From positions 87,978,001 through 88,042,000 of the forward strand of contig OZ024743.1 of the NCBI GenBank assembly GCA_964016885.1: 64,000 bases of DNA, given 5' to 3'. The notes beneath the pieces were generated by a model, which was not told where the DNA came from, ran no database searches, and saw only the letters and a program-made list of their open reading frames with translations. The stretch is from Eledone cirrhosa (taxonomy: Eukaryota). Below, one piece after another: positions 1 through 13,169 of this stretch (position 1 is the first letter of the stretch; the number at the start of each line of letters is the position of its first letter). Both the position numbers and the translations under genes were made by a program.

Positions 1-144
1 AGCTAGGATAGGTCCAGTGTATGGTAGCTGGGGTCTGGGGGTTGGTGCAGTGTATGGTAACTAGGATAGGTCCAGTGTATGGTAGCTGGGGTCTGGGGGT
101 TGGTGCAGTGTATGGTAGCTAATAGCTGGGATAGGTCTAGTGTA
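1..144. repeat. ~54-56-bp minisatellite (2.5 units, runs off window edge)
   Basis: gctaggataggtccagtgtatggtagctggggtctgggggttggtgcagtgtatggta repeated. Confidence 0.8.
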
Positions 145-257
145 TAGGAATCTGATCCCTTTATAGAGATTATTTAACGAGGCGGAGGAGGCGATGAGGA
201 AGAAGACGACTAAACATGTAATAATCTCTTTTAACAGATTAAAAATCCATCGGTATT

Positions 258-1220
258 TGTTGTTGTTGTGGTGGTGGTGGTGGTAGTTGTGGTGGTTGTG
301 GTGGTGGTGGTGGTGGTGGTAGTGGTGGTAGCGGCGGCGGCGGTTGTTGTGTTGGTGAAGGTGTTGGTAATGGCGGTAGTGGCAGCGGCGGTGGTGGTGG
401 TGGTAGTTGTTGTTGTTGTTGTTGTTGTTGTTGTTGCTGTTGCTGTTGTGGTGGTGGTGATGGTAGTAGTGGTGGCGGCGGCGGCGGCGGTTGTTGTGAT
501 GGTGAAGGTGTTGGTAATGGCGGTAGTGACAGCGGCGGTGGTGGTGGTGGTGGTGGTTGTTGCTGTGTTAGTGGTGGTAGCGGCGGTGGTGGTGGTGGTT
601 GTTGCTGTGTCAGTGGTGGTAGCGGCGGTTAGGGTTAGTTGCGATTGTTGTGATGGTGGTGGTGGTGGCGGTGGTGATGGTGGCGGTAGTTATTATTGTT
701 GCTGTTGTTGTTGTTGTTATTGTTGCCTTTGTTCTTGATGTTGTTGTTGTTGTTGTTGCTGTATCTTCTAACCAGTTACCTATCCTCTTCATTAATTGAT
801 ACTGAAACCATAAATATCTGTTTGATAAATCTCACCAACTTAATCTCCCTCCACTCCATTGTTAAAGAACAATGGATTAACTGGTTTAATCCAGTTATAA
901 CATTTGATTGCTGTTGTTGCTGTGGGTGGTGGTATTAGTGGTGGTTGTGGTGGTGAGGGTGGGAGGGGTGCCGGTAGTATTAGTGGTGGTGGTGATGGTG
1001 GGAGTGGCGATGGTGGTGGTGGTGGTGATGGTGGGGGGGGGGGGGGGGGGGGGTTAGTGGGGGGTTAGTGGTGATGGTTGGAGGGGTGGTGGTGGAATCA
1101 ACGGGGATTGGTAAACAATATTAAACGGCGTGTGTGGTGCTGGTGGTGCTGGTGGTGCTGGTGGTGGATGTTCTGTTGTTGTTAGTAGTAGCGATGGTGG
1201 TGGAGGTGTTGGTGGTTGAG
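258..1220. repeat. (GGT/GTT)n low-complexity trinucleotide region
   Basis: Direct inspection; source of poly-V/T/L ORFs. Confidence 0.9.
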
Positions 1221-1346
1221 CATCTGCTGCTGATGTTGACGAGACAACACCAACAACATCACCAACAACAACAGAGCCGTTAGAGATATGTAAGCGGCTA
1301 CATAGCAACAGGTGAGTCGTATCAAAGTGTGGTCAGTCGGGACACC

Positions 1347-1438
1347 ATGAAGGATAAATACCAAATTGATCCTGAAAGACATTTCTTCGTTCAACTGGTC
1401 AATGGTCAACACAGCCACAGTGATTATGCCTTGGTCGA
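1347..1438 (+). CDS. Possible coding exon of an unidentified host gene (MKDKYQIDPERHFFVQLVNGQHSHSDYALV..)
   Basis: Unique complex sequence between repeats, ACCATG start context, open frame ending at GA|GTGAGT donor; no family recognised; an open minus-strand frame (1182-1456) is an alternative. Confidence 0.25.
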
Positions 1439-1611
1439 GTGAGTACACAACTACACCTGCACACACACATACACACGCACACAGACACTCTCACACGCAC
1501 ACAGACACTCTCACACACACACAGACACTCTCACACGCACACAGACACTCTCACACGCACACAGACACTCTCACACACACACATATATATATGTATACAT
1601 ATATATATTAA

Positions 1612-1799
1612 TAATTGTTTCTACTTTTGGCACAACGCCAACAGTTACCTCAGTGCATTACTGGTACTTTATTTTATCGACCCCGTAACAATGAAAGGCA
1701 AAGTTAACCTCAGCGGGATTTGAACTCAGACAGTAAAGGACCGTAACTCTATGTTGCAAAGCATGGCGTCCGACGCTCCACCGATACTGCCATTCCACT
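1612..1799 (-). mobile_element. tRNA-derived SINE family A
   Basis: Minus strand has A box TGGCAGTATCGG, B box GAGTTCAAATCC, central GCCTTTCAT..GGGGTCGATAAAATAAAGTACCAG and (ATT)n tail; about 30 related copies in window. Confidence 0.9.
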
Positions 1800-1808
1800 G
1801 TCTATCCT

Positions 1809-1816
1809 TAATATAA

Positions 1817-1862
<46 letters not shown>

Positions 1863-1887
1863 GAATATATATATATATATATATATA

Positions 1888-1969
<82 letters not shown>

Positions 1970-1970
1970 A

Positions 1971-2004
<34 letters not shown>

Positions 2005-2050
2005 GAATATATATATATAATGAATATATATATATAATGAATATATATTC

Positions 2051-2115
<65 letters not shown>
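1809..2115. repeat. (TA)n array punctuated by ATGA words
   Basis: Direct inspection. Confidence 0.9.
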
Positions 2116-2117
<2 letters not shown>

Positions 2118-2710
2118 CGTTTCTGAATTTGTTTAGTAAGATTCTTTATCTGAAAACGTGTGTTGAAACCGATATTGTTATACTTTGGAAGGGCCATGTT
2201 GCCAATAAGAAACACACGCACCAGTTGCTTTCACTTCAATTTATTATAATAAATTTATAAATTTAGGAATTTATAACCAGATGGTTGTTTATATATTGTC
2301 AAAGTTCTTTCGTCACACATTCTGTGACCTCTTTAGTGACTGGGGATTCTTTTCTTTGTTTTTTGTGCCTCTCCTTTGTTCTGTCCTACGCCATTTTGTT
2401 TATAAGATATGTTACAGACATCGTTAAGACATTACATCTATTTGACTCAGATGTATGGCTCTCTTTTATAAGATATGTTACAGACAAAATGGCGTAGGAC
2501 AGAACAAAGGAGAGGCACAAAAAACAAAGAAAAGAATCCCCAGTCACTGAAGAAGTCACAGAATGTGTGACGAAAGAACTTTGACAATATATAAACAACC
2601 ATCTGGTTATGAATTCCTAAATTTATAAATTTATTATAATAAATTGAAGTGAAACAACTGGTGCGTGTGTTTCTTATTGGCAACATGACCCTCCCAAAGT
2701 ATAACAATAT
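2116..2710. mobile_element. Fold-back element in (TA)n: ~228-bp inverted arms (2172-2399, 2484-2710), 84-bp loop, ~55-bp one-sided tail; Penelope pLTR-like
   Basis: Arms are near-exact reverse complements; hammerhead motif in arm; (TA)n on both sides. Confidence 0.8.
2543..2585 (+). ncRNA. Minimal type-I hammerhead-like motif
   Basis: gtca-CTGAAGA-a-gtcaca(gaatg)tgtgac-GAAA-gaac-TT-tgac: stem I gtca/tgac, stem II 6 bp, very weak stem III; mirror copy at ~2299-2341 has a mutated core. Confidence 0.6.
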
Positions 2711-3094
2711 ATATATATATATATATATATATTCATAATTCGAGCGTGTGTTGGTTAATCACAGATACATCAGTATGCAGGGTAGAACACTCGACGAGGT
2801 GCGCAGGTCGGTCTGTTTACTCCGGAGTATATTTATAAACACGAAGTATAAGTCAACATATATGTATGTGTGTGTGTATATATATATATATATGTATATA
2901 CGCATGCGCACACACATACATAGACACATGCACATTCATATACACACTTACATTATATAGAAACACATATTTACAGGGACAAATGTAGTGTTAGAACCCA
3001 GGACCTTGCGATTAGAAAGTGAATTTCTTTTTGTAACATGATTAATATGGGAAGTGCAAGCTTGTGTGCATAAATTGTAAATAGTTACAGACGG

Positions 3095-3218
<124 letters not shown>

Positions 3219-3688
3219 AAACACACGTGGCGTATTATGGTTGATTTTATTTTCGTAATTTGATAGTTTTATGCCAGACTGCTTAACTATTAACTGAGAG
3301 GTCACTGGTTCGTTTCCTGTCACAGACGCTGTGCTTCTAACGGGGCAGGTCAACATAGATGTAAACGGGTGTCATGGGACAAGAGTAGCCCCATAATTGA
3401 ATTATTGATCCACATTCACAATCAGCTGTATCACACCAATATATTACTGGTATTTACGTTATGGTGCTTGAAGCCGAATTCGACCGTGGCGGCGGGATAT
3501 GAACTCATGACGTGTTGTGAGGGTAAGGTATTCATTCCGACCCTGCACCTCACTGTGGGTAACTCTGTTAGTTTACTGAGTTTGGTTGGCAACTTGCCGC
3601 AGGATATTCTCCATTATACTGCGACCTATTATATGTTCATTGCATAAACACCATGTGTTAGGTGTGGGAAACTATATATGACTGTGTA

Positions 3689-3818
<130 letters not shown>

Positions 3819-3860
3819 TATATGACTCATTCTAAATACATTGCATGAAGACTAGGTTAT

Positions 3861-3918
<58 letters not shown>

Positions 3919-4146
3919 GTACATTTACATATATCACTTATAATTTATTTTGGAATGACACTTAAGTACGTATAAGTGGACTTCTGTGAAGTAGTAGACT
4001 ACTACTGAGAAGTAGAGATCTTAAACAGTAATAGAGGTGGAGACTGCTTTTAATGTTAGTTATGAAGGAGGGTAGCTGAAGCCCGAATGTCTACACTTTC
4101 TTCCTTCATCACCACTTCTTAACTTTACAATTGTGATATCTCAACG

Positions 4147-4835
4147 GTGTCTGCGACATATCTTTTAAAAAACAGCCATATCTATGAATCAAATAGATGT
4201 GATGTCCTAATGTCTGTGACATCTCTTCTTAAAGATAGTCTATCTCAGAGACAAACAGATATCTTAACGATGTCTGTAACATATCTTATAAAAGATAGCC
4301 ATACCTCCGAGTCAAACAGATGTGATGTCTTAACGATGTCTGTAACATATCTTATAAAAGATAGCCATACCTCCGAGTCAAACAGATGTGATGTCTCAAC
4401 GATGTCTGTAACATATCTTATAAAAGATAGCCATACCTCCGAGTCAAACAGATGTGATGTCTTAACGATGTCTGTAACATATCTTATAAAAGATACCCAT
4501 ACCTCCGAGACAAACAGATGTGATGTCTTAACGATGTCTGTAACATATCTTATAAAAGATAGCCATACCTCCGAGACAAACAGATGTGATGTCTTAACGA
4601 TGTATATGCCACCTCTTCCTAAAGATTGTCATATCTCTGAGACAAACAGATATGATGATATCTTGATGTCTGTGACATATCTTATAAAAGATAGTCATGC
4701 CTCTGAGACAAACAGATACAATATCTTAACGATGCCTGTGACATCTCTTCCTAAAGATAGTCATACCTCTGAGTCAAATAGATGCGATGTCATAACAATG
4801 CCTGTGAGATATCTTATAAAAGATTGTCACAGTTC
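4147..4835. repeat. 63-bp minisatellite, ~11 units
   Basis: gatgtctgtaacatatcttataaaagatagccatacctccgagtcaaacagatgtgatgtcttaac repeated; homogeneous centre, degenerate ends. Confidence 0.95.
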
Positions 4836-4839
4836 TGAA

Positions 4840-5021
4840 ACAGGGGACCCAGGGATAGACCTCGAGCAAGATAGTTGGATAGCTGGTCTCGCTTGGGATC
4901 CAGCTGGATCACATGGAGACGGTTACTTCTGACAGCACCCGCTGGAAGGAGTGCTTGAGGACCCCCTGGCCCTCTCAGTAATAGGTGTGAGAAGAAGAAG
5001 AAGAAGAAGAAGAAGAAGAAG
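4840..5021 (+). mobile_element. 3' end of RTE-clade LINE with (GAA)n tail
   Basis: GRPR..R.R-W-like remnant; shares ggagacggtt.cttctgacag..ccc.ctggaaggagtg.ttgaggac with 60321-60600. Confidence 0.65.
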
Positions 5022-5574
5022 ATGGTGATGGTGATGGTGATGGTGATGGTGATGGTGATGACAGTAAGATACGAAAGAGTTAGTAGTTAAGAGTGGTCAC
5101 TACGTGGTTTGTCGGAGTTCACAGATCTAACATTATTTTATGTGAGTTCATCAAATGTGACACCATTTTATGTTCTCTCACGTCTTATTGTTGTTGTTGC
5201 TATTGGTGTTGTTGTTTGTTGTTGTTGTTCTCGTCATCATCGTTGTTGTTATTTTGTAGTTGTTGTTGTTGTCATTGTCGTAGATGTTGTTGTTGTTATT
5301 GTCATCATCGTTGTTATTGTTTTGTTGTTGTTATCGTTGTTATCGTTGTTATCGATGTTTTCACTGTTGCTGTTGTTCTTGTTCTTGTTGCTGTCGCTGT
5401 TCTTGTCATCGTTGATCTTGTTGTTTTTCCCATTAACTTCAATTGACTTCTACAATTGGGTCAATTAGAGATGCAACTGTCACGTGTGTTACGTGCGTTG
5501 GTTCACTTCCGGTGCACACCATGTCACCAAACAGTGAAAGCATCATTCGACAATAATATTTAACTGATTGATCA

Positions 5575-6566
5575 TCGCCCCACAACACCACCATCACCAC
5601 CACCACACAACAATAACATCACCCGTCCCACAACACCATCACCACCACCACACAACAATAACATCACCCGTTCCACAACACCATCACCACCACCACACAA
5701 CAATAACATCACCCGTCCCACAACACCACTATCACTACCACACAACAATAACATCACCCGTCCCACAACACCATCACCACCACCACACAACAATAACATC
5801 ACCCGTCCCACAGCACCATCACCACCACCACACAACAATAACATCACCCGTCCCACAACACCACTATCACTACCACACAACAATAACATCACTCGTCCCA
5901 CAACACCATCACCACCACCACACAACAATAACATCACCCGTCCCACCACACCATCACCACCACCACACAACAATAACATCACCCGTCCCACAACACCATC
6001 ACCACCACCACACAACAATAACATCACCCGTTCCACAACACCATCACCACCACCACACAACAATAACATCACCCGTCCCACAACACCACCATCACTACCA
6101 CACAACAATAACATCACCCGTCCCACAACACCACCATCACTACCACACAACAATAACATCACCCGTCCCACAACACCATCACCACCACCACACAACAATA
6201 ACATCACCCGTTCCACAACACCATCACCACCACTACACAACAATAACATCACCCGTTCCACAACACCATCACCACCACCACACAACAATAACATCACCCG
6301 TCCCACAGCACCATCACCACCACCACACAACAATAACATCACCCGTCCCACAACACCACTATCACTACCACACAACAATAACATCACCCGTCCCACAACA
6401 CCATCACCACCACCACACAACAATAACATCACCCGTCCCACAACACCACCATCACTACCACACAACAATAACATCACCCGTCCCACAACACCACCATCAC
6501 TACCACACAACAATAACATCACCCGTCCCACAACACCACCATCACTACCACACAACAATAACATCA
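5575..6566. repeat. 42-bp minisatellite, ~23 units
   Basis: cacaacaataacatcacccgtcccacaacaccatcaccaccac repeated. Confidence 0.95.
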
Positions 6567-7009
6567 TTGTATTCACTAACATTCGGTCGTTTTACAAGTA
6601 CACACAAATATACTAACACACAAATACATAGAAAAAAACCCACTCACGCACACACACATATACACTCACACATACACACATCCTTACCCACACATGCATT
6701 TACACACACACTCACACTGACAAATAGACTTACAGCCACACGCGCGCGCACATACACTTACACACACACTCACACAAATACTCACACACATACACTCACA
6801 AATACACTTACACACACATAAACTTATACACACTCACACACTTACCTACATACATGTATACACACACAGTCACACACATCTATGACAACGTCTATAGTTG
6901 TGTCAAATATAAAAAAAAGACATTAAATAGGGAAACATATGTGACAGACATTAGCAGAAACCAAATGACGACAATCTAGTTTCCAATTCCAGTTAGAACT
7001 GGTTCGTTC

Positions 7010-7125
7010 CACGTGGTCAAGAGGTTCAGAGTATTGGACCCACGATTATAAGTTTATGGTTTCGATTCTTAGACTGAGCAGGAGAATTGTATTTCAGTAA
7101 AATACTTTATTCTATGTTACTTTAA
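7010..7125 (+). mobile_element. Degenerate tRNA-derived SINE family B head
   Basis: Weak A/B-box similarity (gtggtcaagagg ... ggtttcgattc) resembling 40460-40580. Confidence 0.4.
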
Positions 7126-7158
7126 TTACTGCCTGTGTTGGAGTTAGACAATGGAGGG

Positions 7159-7441
7159 CCAGGGCCACTTCAGGTTTGAAGGGGGCCCCTCATATACAAA
7201 CAATTAGAATACGCAACACCCCACCACCACCACCATCATCACCACCAATTTTACATATCAAAGTTAGCTAAGCGCAAGTAATTAGAATTAAAAAGTTATA
7301 CGTGCAGGTATTAAATTAAAAAATTCTAACCATCCTAAAACTAAAAAGCCCAGCTGAGGGACCAAAAAAATTGCTACGACCGTCGCTTGTGGGGCCCGGC
7401 CAATTACCCCGCTACCCACCCACCCATTAAATCCAGCCCTG
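7159..7441. mobile_element. hAT-like MITE remnant
   Basis: Ends cagggcc... and ...taaatccagccctg, internal ggggccc motifs. Confidence 0.4.
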
Positions 7442-7873
7442 CTTACTGCTATGTATTGCGACCGACAGATATAATATCAGTAATAGAAAAACCAATGGAA
7501 ACATTATTTCGTTGGTCTGATGTGACATCAGCTTTTTCTTAAAAAAAAACAAATTAATCCCATCCTTGCAAAGGCATCAATGTCACTACTTAACCTCCCA
7601 GATTGCCATAAATCTCAAAACCATTCGCCGTAAATTATTAAATGTCCACTTATTAACGCCCCCATTCCCCCTTGATCACCACCACCATCGCCACCACAAC
7701 ACTTTTACGATTCGGTCGAGTGATAAATGGTTGTTCATAGGGTCAATGTGTGACGTCAAGAGTGTCCTCGTTAGAATTCAACCGTGTCTAAATTATTGTC
7801 AACCTCTTCCCTGTAGTCGCTCCGTCCCCACCGATAATGTGTATGTGTGTATACACATATATATATTTGTGTG

Positions 7874-7905
<32 letters not shown>

Positions 7906-7957
7906 GAGACACAAACACAACACCCCTATAGTGTTGTTGTGTATATGTGTATATATA

Positions 7958-8029
<72 letters not shown>

Positions 8030-8974
8030 TGTGTGTCGTCCCTCAGAAATTAGAATTAAAAATATCAGTGTTCTCCCCTGTAAATCGCTCTCCTGTCAAT
8101 AAAGGCTGCCATGTGGAATAAATCACTTTGTGCAACATATTCAGTTGACACTCGACCTATTAACAAGAAAGATGGTCTGTGTGTGTGTCTGGTTCTGTGG
8201 TTGTGTTACTGTGTGGTTGTGTGACGGTGTGGTTCTGTGGCTGTGTGGCTGTGGTTATGTGGTTGTGTTTGGCTGTGTGGTTGTATGTTTATGTAGTTAT
8301 GTGACTGTGTTTGTGTGGCTACATTACAGTGTGACTATGTTGTTGTGCTCTGCTGCTGTGTTGTGTATTGCAGCCACTCAACAATATCACCCACATCACC
8401 ACTACCACTATGGCCAAAACAACATTACATCCCCACTACCACTGTAGCCACAACCACACAGCATCAACACAACATCACTATACACAACCACCACCACTAT
8501 ACACAACCACCACCATCACTACACACAACCTCCACCACTACCACCACTACACACATCCACCACAAGAACCACCACCACTACCATCACTACACACGACCTC
8601 CATCACAACCACCACAACCACCATCACTACACACAACCACCACAGCCACCACCACAACCACCACCACTACCATCACTACACACAACCACCACCACCACAA
8701 CCACCATCACCACTACACAGCGTCGCCACCATCACCTGTACAACACAAATATCCCCTCATTAATATAAATTAAGCCGTACTGTTGTTGTTTAATCTTTCA
8801 CCCACTCCCTATCTCAGCTAATCCCTATTTTAATTTGATCCCTTATTTATCTAAACCCTACTCCACCCCAATATTCCACTTTACCCACCACCCGTAACCC
8901 TCGTCAATTGTACACTCCTTAATATCACAGATTACACCACTACACCACCATACTACACCAGGCCATACACCACG

Positions 8975-9425
8975 ACATACATACATACATGGTGGCTGCC
9001 AACTCGTTTTCGAGTACGGCCACTACTTTATATCCATGTAGGAGAACCCTTACCGATGCGCTGAACGAGTGTGACTTTTTAGTCCAGCCAGCGACTTGAA
9101 AACTCTGGTACAAACACATTTGTGACAATTATTGACACATAGTGCTGGGCCCATGGTACCATGTGACGACAAGTGCAGAGAGATCTCCAGATATAAAGCA
9201 ATGCCTGTGCCGTGAAGCTTTTATAGTGAGCAAAGACACTGCACAAAGCCAGTCCCACTCTCTTAACCAAGATGATATTTACCAAAAAGAAGAACATGTC
9301 AACATCATTGGATACCATCAGGGTTGCAGGTGTTATATCAGAGTTTTCCTTCTCCTAGAATTCTGCCTTGACAAAGGCTAAGGGGTCATCTCTCCCGGTG
9401 ATGGCCATTGACTCTTAAGAGCTCC

Positions 9426-9427
<2 letters not shown>
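8975..9427 (-). mobile_element. Non-coding retroposon (family E) with (ATGT)n 3' tail, 5'-truncated
   Basis: Near-identical to 32316-32926 and 33001-33482; all share the end ..ggcagccacc(atgt)n on the minus strand. Confidence 0.8.
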
Positions 9428-9504
<77 letters not shown>

Positions 9505-9505
<1 letters not shown>

Positions 9506-10750
9506 ATACAAGGAGAGGACCAGGAATGACTACGTCAGAAGAGTAAAGACAATATGGTCAACAGAACTCCCAGCGTAGAACAAGGACATCACCTTTATTA
9601 CTTTTGATGTCCCCATCCTAACGCCAACATTTCGTCTGCTGAACTGAGCGAGATGGGTATAAGGACTTGCAGGCTGCTCACTGTTACTGGAAACTTTAAG
9701 ATCAATGGTGATAAGGATGGGCTATATTTCTCACACAAGGATGGTGGCCGGGGCCTAAAATACATATTAACATCACAAGAGACCCCGATACTAACACTGA
9801 AGCAACATCTTCCACTGAAGAAAAATGTCAACAGCCATCTTGCCCAAGTTCATGAGTTTGAAAATAATTGTTTCTACAATAGGCACAATGCCAGCAATTA
9901 TCCCAGTATATTACTGGTACTCGACCCCCGTTAGGATGAAAGGCAAAGTTACTCCGTAACTCTATACGTCAAAGCATGGCGTCCGACCCTCTACCGATAC
10001 TGCCAATTCACCGCCTCATGAGTTTGAAAATAATATTGTTAGGATAGCAACTGATTTAGGAGAGAGACATGAAATAAAACCTGATACAAATCTCTCTTCT
10101 GGGAACATTGGAAGATTCTGCTCAATGCTCGAACAAAATAAAAATTTACTGAGAAGGTTGTTCAGTACTTGAGACGAAAAACACAGCCCATAGAAGGCTC
10201 CATTTTGAAGGATATCTCCATGCAATCCAGGAACAAGAAATCCCCACCAAGTACCTACTGCACAAAAGAGGAAGGTCATCAGTTGACAATAAATGTAGGC
10301 TGTGCAAAACAAAGATTAAAGATGTTAACCACATTATTGTCAACTACGAAAGAATGTCATCTAGTTACTAACTCCTCATGAAGCATGTGATAGCTAGAAC
10401 GATGCATTACAGAAGACGAAAATAAAATCAAATAGGAAGGAATATGTTGAAACTGATAACTCAAATGAATACTGGTGGAACCTAAAAATAAAAAAATTAT
10501 GCCAAATTAAAGCACAAACGACTTTATATTGTTGTTTGGACTACACATAAAAAAACATACTTTGTTCTGCAAGTCAGCTGCTTAGTTGATGTCACTGTGG
10601 TAAGGATATCTACCGACCGTTAATGAGGAGTTTGCAGGTCCAGTATCCAAGATACATGTTCAACTTCATACTGTGATTATTGAAGCTACAGGTTATATAC
10701 CAACACGCCTGTACCAGATTATAACTGGCCTTTGATTTGTAGAGAAAGAA
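9505..10750 (+). mobile_element. Decayed R4/Dong-type (RLE) non-LTR retrotransposon, 3' half
   Basis: Broken frames give RVKTIWSTELP..NK..F.VPIL, LYFSHKDGGRGL, LYIVVW..KKTYFVLQVS and TVIIEATGYIP, matching remembered R4-clade RT-thumb and RLE motifs. Confidence 0.7.
9869..10015 (-). mobile_element. SINE family A (internally deleted) with 19-bp target-site duplication
   Basis: TSD tcatgagtttgaaaataat at 9850-9868 and 10016-10034. Confidence 0.9.
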
Positions 10751-10782
10751 TGTCACTCCTTAATTCATAAGTCGATTCAAAA

Positions 10783-10825
10783 TGGATGATCCTGTGATAA
10801 ACAGGCGAAACTCCAGAGTAACAAG
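10783..10825 (+). ncRNA. 5'-truncated type-I hammerhead motif next to (TA)n
   Basis: (tg)GATGA-t-cctgt(gataa)acagg-c-GAAA-ctc(ca)gag-TA; 5' strand of stem I absent. Confidence 0.5.
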
Positions 10826-10846
10826 ACTCACTATTTAGTCTTAATA

Positions 10847-10871
<25 letters not shown>

Positions 10872-10879
<8 letters not shown>

Positions 10880-11128
10880 AAAAATGGCGTGCTGCGTTTT
10901 TGCAAATGGGATACATATGAATAAAATTAGAACGAGAAGACAGGGCGTCCGTCATCATTGATCTTCCAGCAATAACTAAAAAAGGTTATTGGGACACGTG
11001 TCCCAATAACCTTTTTTAGTTATTGCTCACACCAGCCAGAGGTATATGATCTTTAATGCGAAGAAATACCAATGACGGCTGGAAGATCACTGATGACGGA
11101 CGTCTTCTCGCTCTAATTTTATTCATAT
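10872..11128. mobile_element. Branched fold-back element in (TA)n: outer arms 10915-10970/11078-11128, inner perfect 60-bp palindrome 10968-11027
   Basis: Manual reverse-complement comparison; one-sided tail 10872-10914. Confidence 0.75.
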
Positions 11129-11148
11129 ATATATATATATATACATAC

Positions 11149-11478
<330 letters not shown>

Positions 11479-12059
11479 ATATATATATATATATATGAGA
11501 TGTTTGGGTATTAGAGACTAATTAGCCTTTAATGAATGTGTGTGTGTGTGTGGTAGCTGCTCTACTGCAGCTACAACTTCAATATATACCTATGATATAT
11601 ATATGTATAATTATATAGGGGTCGGTGCTGTATGTACAGCTTGTCACTCAGTGTACACAGAACCACCGTAGAGAGACGAGATTCAACACAAAACAGTCAA
11701 GTGTCAAGTGTCACGTGACATATGTTTATATAGTAACTTAATTGTGTTGACCTTTGTATATTTTTGTTGTTCTTTTTCCCTCTAGAGCTGTCAAATAAAT
11801 GAACCCTTCTGGTCATAGTGAGGTCCACAGTACACAATACGCCCCACCGGCGTGTTCCCTACCTACCCACCCAACGTCGGGTGGGGCAGTGTTGTTAATA
11901 CATGCGGATTATTAACCCTACGCCTTCAGTTAAGTCTATAGAATTGGTGTTATACGAGCCAGTGTATATAATAAGCCTATTACATTTACAATTAATATAC
12001 TTCTACACTTAATACATTTTACATTTTCAACACCATATATACCTAACTAACTTTATATA

Positions 12060-12756
12060 TATATTCTAGGGCGAGTAAAATTCCCGAGATCCATGGACGA
12101 GTTCTCTCCAGCGGTCTCTGTCCCGCATGATCGCTGCCATGTCCTGCGTCTCCAACAGACCAGTGTCTGTCCTTAGAGCATCAACATACGTTAACCTTGG
12201 TCTTCCTCTTCCAGTGTGTCCATGTAGGGGCTCCCACAGGAGCACTGAGTGCAATGACAACTCTGGATGTCGGCGAGCATGTCCAACTAACCTCAGTCTC
12301 CTCTGTGTCACTTTTGAGCTGACTTTTGGGAGGCTCCCATACAGCTCTAAGTTTTTCATCCTCAGTGTATACTGATTAATGTTCAGAGCCATCCTCAGCA
12401 TTCTCGTGTAGCACCCATCCACCATCTGAGTGAGTTTCTTGGTCAGTGTCCAAGTCTCAGACCCGTACAGCAGCACAGACTCCACTACAGCAATGAAGAG
12501 GCGGATTTTCAGGTCTTTACGAAGGTCCGACTTCCACACCGATCTCAAGCTGTGGCACGCCGCCCAGGCTTTGCTCTTCCTCTCAACCACATCATCTTCT
12601 GTATTCCCAATCTTTGCTTCCAAATACAGGAAGTTCTCAACCAATTCTAGCGGCTTCTCGCCTACATTAATGATCCCCTCTGGCTTCTCAACATTTTCTA
12701 CCAGATATTTTGTTTTAGTCTCATTCATTCTCAGCCCCAAACTCATCGACACAGTC
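12060..12756 (-). mobile_element. RTE-clade LINE, 3' segment of RT ORF
   Basis: ORF with GLRMNETKTKY, FLYL, KIRLFIAVVESVLLYGSETWTL, GRGRPRLTYVD, typical of the RTE-clade RT C-terminus. Confidence 0.92.
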
Positions 12757-13119
12757 GATGAAGATCTTACAGGCTTATGGAATCCCCAAGAAGATAGTGG
12801 ACCTGATATCACTGCTCTACACCAACACCAAAGCCCAAGTCATTACACCTGATGGGATGACAGAGTTCTTTGAGGTACTGGCTGGAGTGCTCCAGGGAGA
12901 TACATCGGCTCCCTACCTTTTTATTATCGTAGTGGACTATTGTATGCGCCTTGCACTGGAGAAACACCAGGACTCTGGCTTTACTGTAGCACCGGCTCAG
13001 AGCAGGAGAGTTAAGGCGAAAAAGATATCGGATGCTGAATTTGCCGACGACATAGTTTTGGTGACAAATACAGTGAAGGGGGAAGAGGATTTGATGCAGG
13101 AGGTTGAGACTGTGTCGAT
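12757..13119 (+). mobile_element. Inverted 5' segment of the same RTE LINE (RT core)
   Basis: GIPKKIVDLI..LY, GVLQGDTSAPYLF, FADD; its end ETVS continues into the TVSMSLGL start of the minus segment. Confidence 0.92.
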
Positions 13120-13169
13120 ATATATATATATATATGGACGAGGTGTCAAAGTTTCATTACATTTATTGA

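Noticed and set aside
4147-4932. 261-aa protein with a 21-aa repeat
   Set aside because: It is a 63-bp minisatellite with no ATG start or splice context, and the frame ends in an unrelated RTE remnant. The frame staying open through diverged units is mildly notable but not sufficient.
5568-6821. 417-aa His/Thr-rich repeat protein
   Set aside because: It is a 42-bp minisatellite open on both strands, with a non-ATG start and a run into (CA)n.
9142-9381. 79-aa ORF conserved in three places
   Set aside because: Conservation reflects recent repeat copies. It has a non-ATG start and no domain.
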